64,000 nucleotides of DNA, taken from Ophelia neglecta (taxonomy: Eukaryota). A model generated the notes under the pieces. It saw nothing but the letters and a program-made list of their open reading frames with translations, searched no databases and was not told the origin of the DNA. The position numbers were made by a program, and so were the translations under genes. Positions 24,701 to 36,500 of this stretch are shown here, one piece after another. The stretch covers positions 7,874,001-7,938,000 of the forward strand of contig OZ260667.1 of NCBI GenBank assembly GCA_965285935.1. The letters run 5' to 3'. Every line of letters begins with the position of its first letter. Position 1 is the first letter of the stretch.

Positions 24701-27700
24701 ACTCTTTCAAGGTAAAATAACCTGTGTAAACAGACTTCCCCTGTAATCAGGCCAGTATGTGCCAGTCCCTTGGGTGGTCTTAATTCACAGGTTTCACTGT
24801 ACAGTAAAACCTGCCTTAAAGACCACCTCTATATTCAGACAACCTGCAAGTTCAGACCACTCACAAAAAGACCATAGTACACTCTTTCAATGTAAAATAA
24901 CCCGTGTAAAGAGACCACCTCTGTAATCAGACTAGTATGTGCCAGACCCTTAGGTAGTTTTAATTCACAGGTTTCACTGTATTTTGAAGATTGCCATTCA
25001 AGGTACGGTATCAGCCATTACGGGCGCGTGTTGGTAGGCTTATTTCGCGCACAAGTCAATATATCGTGCTTCGTTTAGTTCCGCGCAGCACATAGCAGGC
25101 GAAGAAATAGTCTATTTCCGGCAAAAAAAAAAAGGATTGAATAATGGTTAATTTTGAGAAATTTGATTGTTATATTAAATTTAATCTGTAGAAGAATGTA
25201 TTCAAGAACACGTATATTCTTTTTAACTTTTTCTAAGCCTTTATAAATTAAACACCTATCTCTATCACAATCGGCGATTTTCAGGTACTAAGATCGGATA
25301 TCACTCTGTCAGTATAGGACTTTACCAGGACCAGGTGGTGAGGAGGGTGGACCCCAAACACCGCAGTCTGAGTCAGTTCTTTAAGGAGGAGCTAGCCACA
25401 CCCCTAGGTAAGTTGGTCTGCATAACTTAACCGGTGGTTGGGGTTGTGCGAGGGGTTGAGGCCGAGGAGAGGGGACTGGGGGGGGGGGGGGTCAAGAGGC
25501 AGGAGACAGGTGGAGAGCTTCTATACTAGGACCAGGTGATGAGGGAGCTGGACCCCAAAGATCGCAGTCAGTTCTTTGGGGAGGAGCTGACCAACAGTCG
25601 GCCTGCATAACAGAACCTCATAGGGGTGGGGACTGAGCGAGGGGTCGAGGGGTCGAGGGGCCAGGGAGGGGACTGGTGAGGGGTCGAAGGGCCAGGGAGG
25701 GGACTGGAGAGGGGAAGAGGGGCCAGGGAGGGGACTGGTGAGGGGTCGAGGGGCCAGGGAGGGGACTGGTGAGGGGTCGAGGCGCCAGGGAGGGGACTGG
25801 AGAGGGGAAGAGGGGCCAGGGAGGTGACTGGAGAGGGGTAGAGGGGCCAGGGAGGGGACTGGTGAGGGGTCGAGGCGCCAGGGAGGGGACTGGAGAGGGG
25901 AAGAGGGGCCAGGGAGGTGACTGGAGAGGGGTAGAGGGGAGGGGTCTGCATGGGGGAGGTGTCGAGGGTCGGGTCAAGGACCAGGTGGTGACAAGCGTGG
26001 AGCCCTAACACTATGTATAGGCCTACAGTCTTTAAGGAGAAGCTCGCCTCAACCCTGGGTGAATAATATAATATAGAACGTTCCAATTTCTCTAAGTCGT
26101 AAACCACTGCGTATTTTTAACAATCGCCGGATTTATCGGTATAAATGATATTTGCCCACAGGTCTAGACTTTCATATCGGTCTCCCCCGCCAGGAGTCGT
26201 GGCGCGCGGCTCGAATCACTCCCCTCAACCCGTTCACCTGGGAGGTTCTAACCCGCCCCAAGGCTTGGAATATCATATGGGTCGTCTTGAATCCAAACAG
26301 CAACTTCATGAAAACCATACAAGTTCCAGTTGAGTTTACGGTAAGGGTTATATCACGAACATATATAATTTGTCTAGCCGGGGGGAGGGAGGGGGGGTCT
26401 CAACGATGCAATTATACCAACCCCCCTTGTGAGATGAGCTTTTTGTTATGAAATGTAGGCTGCAATCGGGTGAGCCAAAGGGTTCACCAGAAAGGCAATT
26501 CAACAGGAAAATAGCTATTGTTGTTGGATGAATGACAATCGTTGGGGTTAAACGCAGGGTTAAACACAGGGGGTTAAACGAAAGGTTAAACACAGGGGGT
26601 TAAACGTAGGGGGTTGGTTCTACTCATTATGGTTTTATGTTGCTATGTTCTATGTTCCATCTATTTCCCAGGGGAAGGCGGGGAGTGGGGGGTGGGGGGT
26701 ATTCTATTCCTGGTTTTTAAAATGAGCATTTGTTTTAATATATTGACTTACATCGTGAGTATGATAAAAGCTTAAAGTTACAATATGACGCTAGCCAATA
26801 TTTTTTTGTTTGAAATCTTTACCCGGATGGCCCTGTCAGCTAAGGTACGCTGCACTTCCCAGCTGTCCATGCAGCCATACTGTGTGTATTTAGATTAATA
26901 CCAACTATTTTCGTCGCCAGGGTAACACCTATAACGACCCTGTGATACGAGAAGTCCCTATTGCCTCTGCTAACGGGGTAGGGACAGCCGATAGCGTGGC
27001 CAAACTCTACGGCATTCTGGCAAACGGGGGCAAATATAAGGTAAGTACAATTAGTCATCTTCAAACCGGTCGGATTATATAAACATTTAAAACAAGACAT
27101 TCAAGTAAATTTAATGAGAAAAGATCTTTTTACCACTTTTGGTAATTGACATATTAAAATGATAGCATATGTCATTTTTACATTTATCATTATAACTTTT
27201 ATAACTTATAACTAGTACTTTGAATAATATTAAACTCTACATGGTGGTTATGAACACGGCAGCAAATTACGGCTTTTTGCCATCCGACGCCAAAGCTAGA
27301 GGATTAAACAGGTCAATAATTAGGGGTGGAAATAAGCATTCGCCCGTTCGCCCTTGGCTAACAATTCAACGCAGGGCCAATGAAGTGTTCAAGCACTTAG
27401 TACCGAAAGCTACATTATTAAGAATCGCACTAATAATATTAGTGGTCAATTTGGTGTATGCATTTTACCACATATAAGCATAATTTATGATCAAAATCCG
27501 ATAAATATTTCGCGATTTATTAGGTTAGCACACAGGCATACACGCACGAACGCGCTGCACAACATGAACGAACAGAAAATATTAAAAACATTTCTACAGC
27601 GAAGATGCATGGGGAAGTGCTACCTGACACCAGAGGGCGTGAGGTGGCATAATGGGCCGGTCGCTATAACTACATAAATAAAAAGTGACATATTACTACT

Positions 27701-28761
27701 TGCAGGGAAAGTCCTACTTGACACCAGAGGGCGTGAGCCGTCTCACTGAGCCAGTCGCTACTGGACACGACATCTACATAAATCTACAGTGTTATTTCAC
27801 TACTTCCAGGGGAAGTCCTACTTGACAACAGAGGGCGTGGGACGTCTCAGTGAGCCAGTCGCTACTGGACACGACATCTACATAAATCTACAGTGTTATT
27901 TCACTACTTCCAGGGGAAGTCCTACTTGACAACAGAGGGCGTGGGACGTCTCAGTGAGCCAGTCGCTTCTTGCCACGACATCTACAAAAATCTACAGGGT
28001 TATTCTAATACTTGCAGGGGAAGTCCTACTTGACACCAGAGGGCGTGAGGCGTCTCAATGAGCCAGTCGCTACCGGACATGATATTTACATCAACCTTCA
28101 AGTGACCGTGGGACGAGGAACATCACTGATGCCGAACGCAGATGTTAGTTTTCTAAAATAAAAATAAAAATTTAACAATAGGGCGAGGTTAAATCGCGCA
28201 CGGTTTAATTTCGCCCAGTAAGAATCCTTTTTTCCGTGCTCGGTGTACATGTTTATTATATCATGCTATACACATAGGTCTACTCCATAGATTTCAAAAA
28301 ATATATCTGAATAGATAAACCGAATAAATCCAATACATCATTGATAAGGAATATGTGGAATAATAATTACTTGTCAAGGGAATGAAAGAATTATTCAAAA
28401 TTTGAAGCTGTGATAATACGCCATGGTAAATTTGGGTTATTTCGCGCATCGTGTAATTCCGCGCACTATATAGCCTAATTTGGGGCACAAAGTGCGCGGC
28501 ATAAGTCTCTATACTACTTTGAAAGGATGCATACGATTTCTCGACTTAATACTTATTTTGTCTTTTTGCCAGAACTCGAGCCTGACGTTTGGGACGCCCG
28601 GTGCTGGAGGTCAGATGGGTTACGGTGACCCCAAATATCGTCTGGGCTGGGCATACCTCACTAACTACCACAGTGGAGAGGTAGAAACCAAAGTATACCT
28701 GGCGCTGAAACAGGCCATGTACGAAACAGTGATTGCAATGGAGAAAAAACGAAGCAGATGA
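21719..28761 (+). CDS. Beta-lactamase domain-containing protein, copy C (about 425 aa, N-terminal signal/anchor)
   Basis: Exons are 21719-21861, 22392-22583, 23091-23190, 23581-23686 (GC donor), 25285-25407, 26162-26340, 26921-27040, 28018-28143 and 28573-28761 (1278 nt, open). It starts [19 protein letters not shown] and contains FYSTTKG (SxxK), [22 protein letters not shown] and FGTPGAGG. Confidence 0.9.
23804..24022. mobile_element. MITE, same family as 9689-9879
   Basis: Inverted ends CAGTGGCGGATTTAGG and CCTAGATCCGCCACT, plus the shared internal block. Confidence 0.7.
24395..24979. mobile_element. Cluster of three CAGTGAAACCTG MITEs, two of them head-to-tail sharing one TA
   Basis: Junction ...GGTTTCACTG-TA-CAGTAAAACCTG... 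at 24800-24801. Confidence 0.8.
25640..25945. repeat. G-rich minisatellite of about 30 bp in intron 5 of copy C
   Basis: About 10 units of GGGGACTGG(T/A)GAGGGG(TC/AA)GAGGGGCCAGGGA; this is the source of the spurious Pro-rich ORFs in the track. Confidence 0.9.
27611..28100 (+). repeat. 104-bp tandem repeat of the intron 7 acceptor plus the 5' two-thirds of exon 8 (copy C)
   Basis: CAG|GG(G/A)AAGTCCTACTTGACA occurs at 27706, 27810, 27914 and 28018; a degenerate unit at about 27611 lacks the AG. Confidence 0.9.
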
Positions 28762-30539
28762 ATTAAACTAATCAAAAAGACAGCAACGATTGAGATGCTA
28801 CAGGAAATATGTTCAAAAAAGTGACTTGGCCAAAGATCAGGGCGACGAAAGTTGGTGTAGCCTTGCCATATCTTCTCCCCTATTATAAGCCCTTCATTGT
28901 CCAGTTGTGTAAGAGTCAAAATCCCTGTGTTAGACTCTTGCTTTACCAACAAACAAAAAAAAAGGTCAAATCATATATATACCATTGTCTTGGCCTTATA
29001 TTATAAATTAATCTCTGGATGGCTATACACCTGTATGTGTGTAGCAGTACCTAACCAATGTATGCTTTGTAAATCTGCATAAGATGTCAGGCCTAATACT
29101 ACCTTGCTCCAGTTAAAGAAGGGTAGAGCGACATCGTGTTAACTGATTCATTATATTCATTATTTATTTAAACATATTTATCCTGGATAGTTCTTTCAGG
29201 CAACACCTTTTCTAAAAAGGAGCTCAGATAAATGCATAGATGTGATAACAATGCTACTTAGGAAACCCTGGCTAGTAACTTTTGCATTTAAGAATATATA
29301 GTAGAAATAAAACAGAATGAAAATAAAATCTGTGCTTTAACTTTTATAGAACTTGGGTAACACTGATTTATTGCAACTAATTTTTTCTTAAATTATTGCA
29401 GATTCGTCAAAATCATGTTGTTTTCAAATATAAATGGCGGTCATTATACTATATTTCACTTTTCCATAAATAAGTTGTGTATCAGTCGTTTTGGTAGAGC
29501 ATTTCATTTGAAAGATTAGTAATTAAATACCGAACGTTTCCTAGGTGATACGCTATACATACTCCAGTCGTTGATTAAGTGTAAACATGCCTTCGATTGA
29601 TTAATTGATTGATTGATTGATTTTTGTCATGTAAAAATCACAATACAATGCAAAGTATAAAAACACGAGGTGATTGGCACATAGACAAGCAAAATAGCAA
29701 AATATAACTGGCACAAAGGGAAACCTCAAGTAATACACCCACATTACATGACAGGATGGCACCGAAAGGTTTATAAAGTCTTATTTCCAAGGTGGCCCTT
29801 CAAACAATATATTATTATAACGTTATTTAAAAAAAACAGTTAATAACTTCTGTGCGGATGCATGAAGATCGATCAAGGGACTCCAATGGTGTCAAAAGGA
29901 AGGTGCACACATATAAAACTGGATTTGGCTTGTCTACCAATAGACAGAATACAATAAGACCTTCACGGCGAAATAGTTTTGAAACGAGTCCTTAATCGTA
30001 ATACCAAGTGTTCTAACATGAGATACATCATACGAAAAACAGCTATTTTGGGGTATTTTTGTCTAATCCTTGATTAGTTATTTTCTTACGTTTTGAAGCG
30101 AGGTCTGCGCAAAGCTATGAAATCAAGAAATCTTCTAAAAAGAAGATATATGTGAAAGAAAATTACTACAGTTCCTTACTTTGTGGATTATAAAAGTCAC
30201 TAAGCCTCTACCCGTGCCGCGTGAAGAATTCGAATAATCTACCACATACAGCTTTATTATTTCCCAAATAAACTTTCCTGATCCCCATGTTCAACATTCT
30301 GCCCCCCCCCCCCCATTCTAAGGCCGCCCCTCCTAACCCCCGCTCTTTAACCCCTCTCCTCCGCCCTCCCCTTCCGCCTTAAACCTATGCAGTCCTAACT
30401 GCTCCTTGTTTTCAAGTGCACTCTTATAATAGCTGGTACATGATTGCCTTGTCATACGGATTTCATATCGTATATCGAGGACTCGTATCAGATAACTAGA
30501 CGGCGGGGTCACTAGTCCAGTGACATACACAGAGAGGCG

Positions 30540-33500
30540 ATGGGTTTTCTTCGGTACTCGCTGGTGGTGGCGGTCACGGCGGTGGTGGTGGTCAAGCTGC
30601 CGGGATGGCTGACCCCCGGACTGGAGACCAACGTCAGGGGCTGGTCGGCCCCGGGCTGGGAGAGAGTCGAACGCACCTTCAGGTAACTAACTTATACCGG
30701 AGGCCCAATGTGAAAATACAACCGGCAGATGAACAAACACCTTGTTTAATAGTGCGAGATCATAATGTTAAGTTAGTACAGTGAAGCAATTAGGGTCAGC
30801 CAAGGGACTAGGAAATCTGTCTTCTTTTCTCAGTTGTCCTTATTTCACAGGTTACTTAACATGTAAAGTATTACAACTGTACTAAAAACAATGTCCTTAA
30901 TAGTCAGTGTGTCCCTTATTGTCAAGTGTCCTTCAGGCCAGGTTTTACTGTATACCTATCTGGTGCATTTCGCTATACAAAATATAGATCCATTGACTAG
31001 TGAAGAATGTTTGTTTGTTTTATATGCATGCTGTCTCTCAGATATGTATACGTGTACAGTGAACGAGTACATATGTGTTATATGTACTTAATGTTACTCA
31101 AAACTGTCGACTTAACTTTAGAAGTGTCACAGAATGTAACTTATATTGTATACCTGTAACCTGTGCAGCTATTCATATTGCGCATCTCAATTTGCTTAGC
31201 AGCGTATAACAAGCAGAAAGGCTTCCTTCGTCGAGTATAATTATCAAAGATATCCCGCATTACCTCAGGTGTACTTTAATTAATACCAAAATATAATCCA
31301 ATTACAATCGCTTGTGAAATAAGTGAGATGTCATTAATTAATATTCCAGCAACATCGCCCTAGCCAAAGATAATAATGTTCTAGTCCTTAGAAAATATGA
31401 ATAAAAATAGTGTAAAGTCATGGAAAGTGGGAACTTTGGTTAGCGTCTCAGCATTTTCAAAGCGCGAGTAGGAAAAGTGGAAAGTTAATACGCATGCGCA
31501 CACAGATCACACATAAATTGATTTATTAAGCCTTAAAAAACTAAAGGGAATTTATATGCATGATTAATTTCATTCACATATATATTCGATATAAACTCCA
31601 TAGTTTTTGCAATGGAAATATAAATTGATTAAAATAAACGAATATGCCAAAAAAACAAAATTTCAGCGAAAGATCCTTGGGTAGGAAATAGATCCAAAAG
31701 TTTGAGTGTGTTCAGCGAAATTTTAGGAGAAGCTAGACGCGGGTACTATCTAAGTTTCCTATTTTTCATCGCATTTTTCCCCCCTGATCTCTACAATCCT
31801 GGATAATCTTGACGCAGGTTCCCTCAGGTGATTGCAAAGTGAAATGTATATTTTCCTTGCCAGGGATCTAGTTGAGAGCGGCGCCGAGCGAGGGGGTTCG
31901 TTCTCGGTGTACTACCGCGGGGAGAGGGTGGTCAACCTGGTTGGAGGCTATGCTGACCGGGAGGCCGGTCTACCCTGGACGGAGAACACCATAAGCCAGT
32001 TCTACTCTACCACCAAGGGGATAGCTGCCATCGTCATCGCCATGCTCGTCGACAGGTAAGAAACATATACAGTCCGAGGACAAATCACGGCCAGGCAACG
32101 TGTGCTAGAATTTACTAAACTTAAGTCTAAGCATAACCTAAGAAAATTCTTAGCTAAGAAATATCTTAAGATAGGTGTGCTAGAATGTCCCAAGTCCGGA
32201 CTAAGCCGAGTTTAAGTTCAAGTGAAAGCTGAGCAAGAATATATCGCTGGATATACATGCTTCCGGGCTGCGCATGCGCACTAGATAAAAAAAGCGGAGG
32301 CAATGCCAGGCGTCGCTACTTCTGCGGGGAGAGTATCCGGTCGTCTGCTAATAGTCTGCTACAAAAATGGATGACAAAACACATGCCGCTGCCGGCCGCA
32401 CAGCAAATCGGACATCAACCATGATGAAGTCCTAATGACTGACACAGAGAAACGGTATAAATTAAATGAAGGATCTTTTTTTCGGACCCAGGCGTCACTA
32501 AAAGCACCATGGACAAGACCTGGCAAGAAATCACGGATGCAGTTAACAGGTATTTAATTAAGAAGCATGATTCTATAAATATGGAAGAACAAATTGCGAA
32601 AACAACTTGGGAAAAAAAGTTCAATTGAAAAATTGATAGCAGTGAATATCACTTGAGCGTGTACGTGAATATGCATGTAATTTTTATCAAGATTCAGTAG
32701 ATGTCCAGCAGACAAGATCACTATTGCCAGTGAATACATAGACTAACCACATCAAGAACTGAACTCGGGGTTTGGCTTCTGCAGGCCGCAAATTATTATG
32801 GATAAATCCTCGATGTAAAAAAGTAATAAATAAACCCCGCCTTTCACCTCAAAGTTAATAGTATAACACAGTCATTATAACTATAACAGGAAATGTACTA
32901 CATATATTTAGTTTGTACTGTGATACACACGATTGTATATATACACTATCATATAGACCTGACCAATAGGCCCTAAAAAATATTGAATTTTCGTAAGAAA
33001 TTCAGGAACCTGGATATTTCCTAATGGTTTTTTTAACCTTGGCCAATTTAGGCACAAACTGGCGTCTCCTTCTTAAAATAACTTAAGTCTGTCATCAATG
33101 GATAGTTGTTTAAATTTTTTTGAGATTTATATAGGCTAACTTTTAATCCTAGGTGTTATCTAAATGTTCTCGTTGAAAGAGAGTATCCGGCAATATTTTG
33201 TAGCACTGTGAAATCGCCTGCCACGGAGTAACCTACTCCCATACCTCCCGCTTTAAGACAAGGAGTACCTAATAGTGTTTCTCATTCTCCGAACTGTTTA
33301 ATTGTGTTTCTTAATCCCATCACTTTTTTTCAGAGGTTATTTGTCGTACGAGAAGCCCGTGAAGGACTACTGGCCGGAGTTTGCCGCTAACGGCAAGGAT
33401 GACGTCACCATAGAACAACTATTTAGTCATCAGGTAGGTAATAGGTTGCAGTGAACTAAATCTTTGCCTGCAAGTATACCAGAGCACTCGGATTGGCCTA

Positions 33501-36500
33501 TAATAGGCAGGAAACATATCAAGATTGCCTGGATTATATTTGAATAGTAAAATCTAAATAGTATTGGTTTGGAATTGTGGAATTGCGAAAGACATATGTG
33601 GATATTTATGGGTTCGTCGGTGCAGTGTGGCTCCTTCTTGTGACAAAAACAAGTAAATATACCACTTTCTCCTCAAGAGCCTCTAGCATATATTTTTATG
33701 CATTTGCGACGCTGAATTTTCACCATTATAAATGTAAAGAAAAAAGAAGGTTCAGAAAAAAGGAGAATGAGATTTCACATAGAATAAACAGTGTGTGGCC
33801 ACACTCCAAAAAAAATAGTATGGAACCCCGTTCCTCTTCCATCCCCCCAACCCAAAGATATTAAATAGCCGACCCCTTTAACTTTATCAAGTCAGGGATT
33901 ATTTCATGTCCCAGACATATCAAATAAAGTTGTTTCCCTGCTTGCAAAAAATTCACAGCATAATCTGACGGGATCTATTTTTTACCATTAGGCAGGCCTG
34001 GGTATCATCGACGAGTCATTCACGTGCGAGGATATTATCAAAAACACCGAAAAAGTATCGCGTGCACTGGCCAATCAGAAACCAGCTTGGAAACCAGGTA
34101 AGCGCTTAGATTAATATATGGACTTAAACATCGTTTAAATTTGTTTTCGCTACCTCATTTATTTTTTATTTCAGGGTTATATTAGGATACCTTCTTTACA
34201 CTGGGACACTTTACTTGGCATTCTTTAAACTGGGACACTTTATTTGGCCTTCTGAAAACTGGGGACACTTGACTTGGCCTTCTGTAAACTGGGGACACTT
34301 TACTTGGCCTGCTTTAACCTGGGGGCCCTACTTGGCCTTCTAAAAACTGGGGACACTTTACTTGGCCTTCTGTAAACTGGGGACACTTTACTTGGCATTC
34401 TTTAAACTGGGGAAACTTTACTTTGCCTTCGGTAAACTGGGGACACTTTACTTGGCCTTCTGTACACTGGGGACACTGCCATTTGCATCCATAATAAATA
34501 AGTATATGGCGCTAGATTTGGGGAAATTTTCCCTAGATAAGGGTTTCTTATTCACCCCCCCCCCCCTCCCCCGGGAAGCCTATTATCACTGAGACGATAA
34601 TCTTATAGGCTATAGGTAGGCCTAAGTGCAGTTTCAATTTATTCTGTAGGTACTCAGATCGGCTACCACGCCATCAGTATAGGACTTTACCAAGACCAGG
34701 TGGTGAGGAGGGTGGACCCCAAACACCGCAGTCTGAGTCAGTTCTTTAAGGAGGAGCTAGCCACACCTCTAGGTAAGTTGGCCTGCATAACAGAACCGGT
34801 GTTGGGGGATAGACGAGGGGTCAAGGGCCGAGGGGAGTGGACTAGGGAAGGCATCGAGAGACGGATGGGGGGGGGGGGGGGGCGTCTACAAAGCTTATAC
34901 TAGAATCAGTTGGAGAGGAGGGTGGACACCGAACACCGCAGTACGAGTTTTTTAAGGAGGAGCTCGGCGCAGCTCTCGGTAAGTCAACTGGCTGTTTATA
35001 GCTTTTCTCGATAAGCCCAACCTTCACCCTGATTTTAAAAGTGGGTTATCGATCAAAACTTGCTAAGTGGCCGGGGTTTCTCGAAGCTGTCTTTGGTCTT
35101 AAACTTAACCATTTTGGTGTATAACTAAATCCTGGCCATTGCGTAGGATCAACAGTCACCCATCAACGACGATTATCGGAATGGGATAATCAAATCCCGA
35201 AAATACCTGATTTTCACTGTATCTATTGCACATTTCCGTCTCTGGTATAAACTTGAAAGAGGGTGGGAACTGGTAATAATAAATGTCAGTTTTCCTGCAG
35301 GCTTGGACTTTCACATCGGACTTCCCCGCCAGGAGTCGTGGCGAGCTGCTCGTATTGCGACTTTCAGCCTGCTCTCAATGGATATCGTAACCCATCCAGA
35401 GATTTGGCCGCTATTCCGGAATGTCATGAGTCCGGGAAGTGACTTCCAGAAAACTGTTAGCGTTCCGATCGAGTACACTTTGGTAAGTCTCTTCTGGAGG
35501 ATAGTTTCCTCATTTTGTTTCTTTTCATTTTGATCATATTATAACAGTTTTCTCCAGCAGTATTGCTCTTGTCAATCAAAATTACTAAATAATATCTACC
35601 GGTCGGGCAGTGTATACAGTGCTGCCATTACTGGCGTCCCTGCCTTTTCAGATTACCTAATTATCCCTAATTGTCCTTGTAACTACCTGTACTTTGTGTG
35701 AAGTAGCATTAAATTACTTCAATCAATTAATTCAATCAGGCGTAACGATATTTACACGCAATTTAGGGGTATACAGCAAGTCTTTAACTCGGCCTTTGAT
35801 TTTTACGTATAAAAACGCATACGTATCGTGTGGACCATTTAGTGCCTATAAATCGGGTATAGTTCATATGTTGCTATCAGAATTATGTAGATTTATATTG
35901 ACATGCAGTAACGACACCAATTATATCACCATAATATGGTATATAAAGTCCGTGAAAAATGGGTACGCATCAGTAGTCTTTGTTCTTACTAAAATCGTGG
36001 ATTAGTAGATAGGTGGATAAAAGTTAGTGGGTCAATAATTAAATAGGTATAAGGGTTTATCGAGTGTGGGTTTATTTTACCAAATGAAGTAGAAAGCCTC
36101 AACAATTAGGCTTAAGACAAAGAAGAAACATATTGCTTAATCGGATGGACGTCAGGGATGGGTATCGTACCGTTTGGGTTAAATCTGGTAATTTCGCGTA
36201 CCGTTTAATTTCGCGCACAAGTAGGCTAATTCCGCGCAGTAAGTAGACTTATTCCGCGCACGGACTAAGGCTACTTACTGCGCGAATTAAACGATGCGCG
36301 AATTTACCCGACTTAACCTTTACAATTTTTTTTTGTTTTTTTTTCTTAAGGGGGACATTAGCAACGATCCTGTAATACGAGAAGCCCCGATCGCCTCGGT
36401 TCACGGAGTGGGGACCGCGGACAGCGTGGCTAAACTCTACGGTATTCTAGTCAACGGCGGGAAATATAAGGTAAACCTCTCATCTCTATAACCTCAGCCA

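Noticed and set aside
25568-26107. Pro/Ser-rich 179-aa and 119-aa ORFs and a Gly/Arg-rich ORF
   Set aside because: These are translations of an intronic G-rich minisatellite.
34362-34592. LRR-like ORF with [10 protein letters not shown] repeats
   Set aside because: It is a 30-bp minisatellite with indels in upstream units and no splice support.
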